Source of the DNA: an uncultured bacterium
GTDB lineage: Bacteria > GCA-001730085
Length of the DNA stretch: 32,000 bases
Reading direction: 5' to 3'
Assembly: GCA_964565945.1 (NCBI GenBank)
Contig: CAZMGY010000033.1
Location: 1-32,000, forward strand
Program-made: the position numbers and the translations under genes
Shown: piece after piece, positions 27,138 to 32,000 of the stretch
Numbering within the stretch: the first letter of the stretch is position 1
How the letters are laid out: every line of letters starts with the position of its first letter
The notes under the pieces: model-generated
Databases searched by the model: none
Told to the model about the DNA's origin: nothing
The model's input: the letters and a program-made list of their open reading frames with translations, nothing else

Positions 27138-28824
27138 TTACAATCTCCTCCGTCGCCACGCGGCAAACTTCAGACAAAGTGGTCCAACCCATATCCACCT
27201 TGCGCAGACCATCCTGCCACAAACTAGCTACCGATTGCTGCATCAATTCCTGGCGAATCATATCGCCATTATTCTGTGCGTAAATATACTCACGAATTGT
27301 TTCGTCGACAACCATCACCTGAAACAAACCCACACGGCCATAATAGCCCGTGTTTAAACACATATCACACCCCTCTCCTCGAAAACACTTAATGGCGGCA
27401 CCTTTCAACCAAAGACGCTGCTCATCTTCGGTCGGCACATAACTGACCTGGCAATTTTTACAAATTCGGCGAACCAAACCTTGCGCAGCCACAACTTTAA
27501 GTGCCGAAGCCACTTTATACGGCAAAACCCCCATATCAAACAAACGCACCACCGATCCAGGCGCATCACTGGTGTGCAAAGTGCTTAAAACAAGATGACC
27601 TGTTAACGCTGCCTGAATAGCGATATTGGCCGTTTCGGTATCCCGAATTTCCCCAATCATAATCACGTTAGGTGCTTGCCTCAAAATCGCACGCAAAGAC
27701 GCGGTAAAAGATAAGTGGATCTTATTATGAACCTGAACTTGATTCATGCCCGACAACTGATACTCAACTGGATCCTCCACAGTGATGATTTTTTTATCCG
27801 ATGTGTTAATGATGTGCAGCAAAGAATACAAGGTGGTCGTTTTACCCGACCCCGTGGGGCCCGTGATCAAAATTAAACCATGCGACAAACGCATCATCTC
27901 TTCAAACGTCCCACGATCATGCCGCAACAATCCTAGCTCATCCAAGGTAAGTAAACCTTTATTTTTATCGAGAATCCGTAGAGCCAAAGCTTCGCCATAC
28001 AGGCTTGGCATCGACGATACACGTAACTCCACGTCCTTACCTTGGAAGCCAAAAGAAATCTGACCATCCTGAGGTAAACGTTTTTCGGCGATATCTAAAC
28101 CTGCCATAATCTTAATCCTCGAAATAAAGGCTCCTTTAAGATTTAAGGAAGGACCCGCCACTTCATACAGTACGCCATCAATCCGGTAACGCAACCTGAG
28201 CCGATCGCGAAAAGGTTCAATATGAATATCACTCGCTCGACGAACAATCGCTTCGACAATTATGACATTCACTAAACGATTAATAGGCGCCTCATCGTCA
28301 CCAAGCACAAGATCTTCGGCTAAAGGGCCGACCTCCTCTTCGAAAGGTAACGATGTTTTCAATGAAAATTCTGGTTCTTGTGCTCGCTCCTCAGGAAAGT
28401 AAAAATCGAGAGCTTCGTAGATATCTTTTTCTTGCCACAAAACAAGCTCTACTGGTCGGTCGACAACAAATTTAAGATCATCCCATAAATCAAACCTTTG
28501 GGTATCGACCGCAGCAAAAAAAAGCGTATTACCCTCCTGACGTAAAGGAAAAAGTCCATAGCGTCTCAAAAAAGACGCGGGGAACACCGACAACAACGAG
28601 TCCTCCACTTTGATATCCAACAGCCTTTCTTGAGCAGCATTCAAAGCATATTCCAAAACATCGCGCGAAATAAACTGAAGATCAACAAAAATATCGCCCA
28701 AACGTTGGCACACCATAGGCTGCTTGGCCAAGGCCATCTTAAGCTGAGCTTCGGTAATCAATCCTTTATCTACGAGAAATTCACCTACTAACTTTTTCAA
28801 GAAACATTCCCTCTTTGGATACAC
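27127..28824 (-). CDS. GspE/PilB-family secretion ATPase, copy 1 (MshEN/T2SSE_N-type N-terminus)
   Basis: Walker A GPTGSGKTT; VEDPVEY; MIGEIRD; TGHLVLSTLHTSD; tetra-Cys site CKNC...CDMC. The ORF-track start is GTG at 28824. An alternative TTG at 28800 (MKKLVGEFLV...) follows a GAGGG Shine-Dalgarno-like site. Confidence 0.9.
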   Translation of the reverse strand: MYPKRECFLKKLVGEFLVDKGLITEAQLKMALAKQPMVCQRLGDIFVDLQFISRDVLEYALNAAQERLLDIKVEDSLLSVFPASFLRRYGLFPLRQEGNTLFFAAVDTQRFDLWDDLKFVVDRPVELVLWQEKDIYEALDFYFPEERAQEPEFSLKTSLPFEEEVGPLAEDLVLGDDEAPINRLVNVIIVEAIVRRASDIHIEPFRDRLRLRYRIDGVLYEVAGPSLNLKGAFISRIKIMAGLDIAEKRLPQDGQISFGFQGKDVELRVSSMPSLYGEALALRILDKNKGLLTLDELGLLRHDRGTFEEMMRLSHGLILITGPTGSGKTTTLYSLLHIINTSDKKIITVEDPVEYQLSGMNQVQVHNKIHLSFTASLRAILRQAPNVIMIGEIRDTETANIAIQAALTGHLVLSTLHTSDAPGSVVRLFDMGVLPYKVASALKVVAAQGLVRRICKNCQVSYVPTEDEQRLWLKGAAIKCFRGEGCDMCLNTGYYGRVGLFQVMVVDETIREYIYAQNNGDMIRQELMQQSVASLWQDGLRKVDMGWTTLSEVCRVATEEIVNGA

Positions 28825-28862
28825 ATTCTCTTGTATTATACAGAACTTTTATCCAATAAGGA

Positions 28863-30005
28863 CTATCTCAACGATTGATAAACGTGAAACAAATGCTCCG
28901 CCGCTTGATTCCAATCGTAATGACGTTTCACATGCTCACGCCCCGCTTGGCCCATTGCAGATCGCAGCGATTCATCTTTCACTAAATCTAACACCTTGTC
29001 GGCTAAATCATTGGCCCTATCTTTTTCGAACAAAAGGCCCGTTGTTTCATCCTGAACCACATAAGGCAAAGAAGCTGTTCGCGTCGCCACCACAGGTGTT
29101 TGAGCCGCCATCGCCTCGGCAGCCACAATGCCAAATGCTTCAAAGCGAGTAGGAAAAACAAACACATCGGCATGAGTGTAGTAACTGCACAGATCTTTAC
29201 GTAACACCGCACCCACAAAAGTCACATAAGGTTCCAAGTTAAGACTGGCAATCATTTGTTCCAAAGTCTTCTGGTAACCAAAGTCAGGACCAGCAATCAC
29301 CCACCGAATATCTTTGCTGTATTGAACAATACGAGGCAAAGCTTGAACCATAACATCTAAACCTTTGTTTTCATCGATTCTTCCCGCAGTGAAAAGCCGC
29401 ACAACACCTTGCACGCCTAAATCATCCCAGGCATTATGGTCAACTTGTTCAAACTCTGCTATATCAATTCCAGGTGATATTTCTTCGATTCTGCGTACCT
29501 GCGAATAACCCCACACATCCAGAAGACACCTTTCGTAAGGGGAGATCACCACCACCACATCGGCCTTCATCAAAAGCTTCCCCATGGTCTTGCGATACAA
29601 CTTCCCTAGAAGAGAAGGTGGCCCCTCATCGGCCAAGTACGGATTAAAAACAAATGGCCGCCCTTTGCAACGCGCCACCAAGGCTGCGTAGTCAGCCGAA
29701 GGAAACATAAAACTATGTCCGTGGTAAATATCTGATTTTTGGCGCCATAGGGTACTCGCCATACTCCAAGATAATGGGTAAGACGACAGCGACAACGAAG
29801 ATAAAGGGCATCGCAACACCTCAACTCCACCGACACACTCGCGTGCAAGGACGTCTAAGGTCGATCGGTCCCAATGATTCTTTATATTGGTGGTCACAAC
29901 AGTCACATCAGCTTGACGCGCGACACGTTCCGACAGTTGCTGAACATACTCCTCCACACCCCCCATAGAAGGCCAATAACGATACGCAGACTGCACAATT
30001 TTCAT
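28863..30005 (-). CDS. glycosyltransferase, group 1 (GT4-like)
   Basis: 380 aa. N-terminal GGVEEYV..L and a C-terminal GT-B E(x7)E-type region (VFVFPTRFEAFGIVAAEAMAAQTPVVAT...E). Confidence 0.85.
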   Translation of the reverse strand: MKIVQSAYRYWPSMGGVEEYVQQLSERVARQADVTVVTTNIKNHWDRSTLDVLARECVGGVEVLRCPLSSLSLSSYPLSWSMASTLWRQKSDIYHGHSFMFPSADYAALVARCKGRPFVFNPYLADEGPPSLLGKLYRKTMGKLLMKADVVVVISPYERCLLDVWGYSQVRRIEEISPGIDIAEFEQVDHNAWDDLGVQGVVRLFTAGRIDENKGLDVMVQALPRIVQYSKDIRWVIAGPDFGYQKTLEQMIASLNLEPYVTFVGAVLRKDLCSYYTHADVFVFPTRFEAFGIVAAEAMAAQTPVVATRTASLPYVVQDETTGLLFEKDRANDLADKVLDLVKDESLRSAMGQAGREHVKRHYDWNQAAEHLFHVYQSLR

Positions 30006-30182
30006 AGACTCCCTTTAACCCTCACAACGCACCTTTAAACAAAAAAACCAACACCAGCCCTAGCCCAATTTTGACCAAGGCACGAGCCAACGTAAAGCCC
30101 ATTGTACTTTATTTTACGCACTTAATTTCAGCTCTTAATACGCCCCCGCCCTTCATTCCAAGACTCAAGGTCCCAATTCAAC

Positions 30183-30212
30183 TTGACAGAACAAAAATAG
30201 ATCCCGTATAAT
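30183..30212 (+). promoter_or_regulatory. near-consensus sigma70 promoter, TTGACA-18 nt-TATAAT
   Basis: TTGACA at 30183-30188 and TATAAT at 30207-30212, about 40 nt upstream of the ATG at 30251. Confidence 0.55.
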
Positions 30213-30250
30213 CGATCAGTTGAATTGAGAATGGAATGTAAAAGTTACTT

Positions 30251-30457
30251 ATGATATTTCAAGAAGTTACCTGCAATTTATGTACTGTAAATCAGTATAG
30301 AGTTTTATATAACAACCCTCTAGACGAAAAAAGCCTTCAAGATAAATTGGATTACGCCATTTCGGACAACTCGCCTCTTTTGCCTCCTCGTATCGTTAAA
30401 TGTGTGGTCTGCAACTATGTTTATGCTAACCCTCAGCTCACTACCAGAAACACTTAA
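30251..30457 (+). CDS. Zn-ribbon N-terminal fragment (CxxC...CxxC) split by a frameshift from the downstream methyltransferase
   Basis: 68 aa: CNLC...IVKCVVCNYVYANPQ. Its sequence continues logically in the next frame (..SLPETLNQMYRNMD..), which is the 30402 ORF. Confidence 0.45.
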   Translation: MIFQEVTCNLCTVNQYRVLYNNPLDEKSLQDKLDYAISDNSPLLPPRIVKCVVCNYVYANPQLTTRNT

Positions 30458-31940
30458 TCAGATGTATCGTAACATGGATGCTACCACTTATCTTGATGAA
30501 ATAGAGCACCGTAGCAAAGCTGCTCATAAAATTTTAGAAACCATTGAAAAGATCAAACCACAAAAAGGTAACATTCTCGCCATTGGTTGCTCCGCAGGCA
30601 TCCTGCTTGATCAAGCACGCCAGCAAAGATGGCAAGTCTACGGGGTTGAACTTTCAAAAAATACTTTTAACCTAGAAAATATTCAAAATACAGATTTTCT
30701 CAATGCAGAATTTGAAAATTATTTTTTCGATGTTATTATTCTCACAAATGTGATTGAACATCTCCCGAACCTCCGCCAATACTTAGACAAAATGAAACGA
30801 CATCTTCACCCTGACGGATACATCTATTTAACTACACCCAACATCCGTTCTTGGGCGCATCGCCTCCTAAAACAAAAATGCTGGGGCAGCAACTTAGCTC
30901 ATTTGCATTATTTTTCACCCAAAACACTCCGTGAAATGTTAACAACAGTAGGTTTCCGTCCCACAAAATACCATACTATGGCACGCTATTTTTCTCTTAA
31001 GCACCTTCGTTTCCGTTTTGAAGCCCTCGCCCCCAAACTCAGCCGCATTTTTAAGATACTACCACTCAGAGACAAATACCTAGACTCCACGATAAAGGTT
31101 AATTTAGGTGGCCAAATAGGCATATTAGCTCAAAAAAATTCTACAATCAAATCTGTTTTAGAAAGAGAAACTTATTATGAGACCATGCTAGAACAAAAAA
31201 AGGGCCAACCCAAACCCAAAGTTATTGCCGTTCTTCCAGCTTATAACGCTGCCAAAACATTAGAAAAAACAGTCGCCGACATACCTCGCGATATTGTCGA
31301 TGAAATCATTTTAGTCGACGACTACAGCACCGATAACACGACAGACATAGCCAAAAGCTTAGGCTTAGTGACCATCCGCCACATACATAACACTGGCTAT
31401 GGGGGCAATCAAAAAACCTGTTACCGCGAAGCTCTTAAATATGGTGCTGATATCATCATTATGGTCCATCCCGATTATCAATATGATCCTAAAGCCATTG
31501 TTTCGATAATTGAGCCCATTATAAACCAAAGAGCCGATGCGGTGTTTGGCTCGCGTATGATGAAAGGTACTGCGTTAGCAGGAGGCATGCCTTTGTGGAA
31601 ACACAATGTGAACATCATGCTCACGAGTATCTCTAACATTATTTTTCGAACCTATCTCACCGAATACCATTCAGGTTTTCGTGCATTTTCGAAGGATATT
31701 TTAGAAAATATTAATTTATCGGCCAACCAGGACAGTTTTGTTTTCGACTTTGAAATGATCGCTCAGATCATTAACAAACGTTACAAAATTGAAGAGATTC
31801 CTATTAAAACACGTTACTTTGACGAAGCTTCGAGCATCAAAATCGGACCTGCCATCATATATGGTTACGGTATTTTATGGATCCTTGTTAAATTTTACCT
31901 TCACGAACACCTGAATCTTCGCTTCAAAATTTTCGAATAG
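30402..31940 (+). CDS. class I SAM-dependent methyltransferase fused in-frame to a family-2 glycosyltransferase
   Basis: Methyltransferase motif I (NILAIGCSAGILLD) and VIILTNVIEHLPN. GT2 part: VIAVLPAYNAAKTLEKTV...IILVDDYSTDNT...HPDYQYDP. No stop codon separates the two modules. The true start is uncertain (GTG 30402 or ATG 30417). Confidence 0.8.
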   Translation: MWSATMFMLTLSSLPETLNQMYRNMDATTYLDEIEHRSKAAHKILETIEKIKPQKGNILAIGCSAGILLDQARQQRWQVYGVELSKNTFNLENIQNTDFLNAEFENYFFDVIILTNVIEHLPNLRQYLDKMKRHLHPDGYIYLTTPNIRSWAHRLLKQKCWGSNLAHLHYFSPKTLREMLTTVGFRPTKYHTMARYFSLKHLRFRFEALAPKLSRIFKILPLRDKYLDSTIKVNLGGQIGILAQKNSTIKSVLERETYYETMLEQKKGQPKPKVIAVLPAYNAAKTLEKTVADIPRDIVDEIILVDDYSTDNTTDIAKSLGLVTIRHIHNTGYGGNQKTCYREALKYGADIIIMVHPDYQYDPKAIVSIIEPIINQRADAVFGSRMMKGTALAGGMPLWKHNVNIMLTSISNIIFRTYLTEYHSGFRAFSKDILENINLSANQDSFVFDFEMIAQIINKRYKIEEIPIKTRYFDEASSIKIGPAIIYGYGILWILVKFYLHEHLNLRFKIFE

Positions 31941-32000
31941 CCTTCACAATGATAAAACGTAGAAATCACAACTCTGAAAAACTCCACTAGTCCCGATAAC

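Overview
Low-GC bacterial chromosome segment in two compositional parts; the taxon cannot be assigned from the sequence. GC figures below are hand counts on single 60-nt lines. LEFT (1-14.7 kb, about 25-37% GC) is accessory DNA bracketed by tRNA genes. It holds a hypothetical membrane protein, tRNA-Asp followed by a decayed recombinase remnant, and a YHS-type metal-binding protein. Next comes a four-gene heavy-metal RND efflux operon (small Cys/His protein, outer-membrane factor, His-rich adaptor, CusA/CzcA-family pump). A degenerate IS3-family element follows. The last element is a ~4.7 kb decayed phage-like island inserted in the 3' end of tRNA-Glu, bounded by a 26/27-nt direct repeat. It carries a tyrosine integrase, a tape-measure protein and a cadherin-repeat/RTX protein, all pseudogenes. 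RIGHT (14.7-30 kb, about 42-53% GC) is one uninterrupted minus-strand array. In transcription order it is: GT4 glycosyltransferase, two tandem GspE/PilB-type ATPases, GspF/PilC platform, HD-GYP phosphodiesterase, YkgJ Cys-cluster protein, a GT-C-like polytopic membrane protein, rnc, a secreted hypothetical, a MATE exporter, rpsB-tsf-pyrH-frr, tRNA-Lys and tRNA-Glu. A divergent frameshifted Zn-ribbon/SAM-methyltransferase/GT2 gene ends the window. I found no CRISPR array, retron, DGR, toxin-antitoxin pair or recognisable defence system, and no convincingly complete novel system. The best candidate is the pilin-less, secretin-less dual-ATPase plus platform module. Both ATPases carry MshEN-spaced N-terminal motifs, the module sits beside an HD-GYP enzyme, and it is bracketed by glycosylation genes. 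The next candidates are the tRNA-Glu island and the atypical metal-efflux operon. All functional calls rest on motif recognition by eye, not on database searches.
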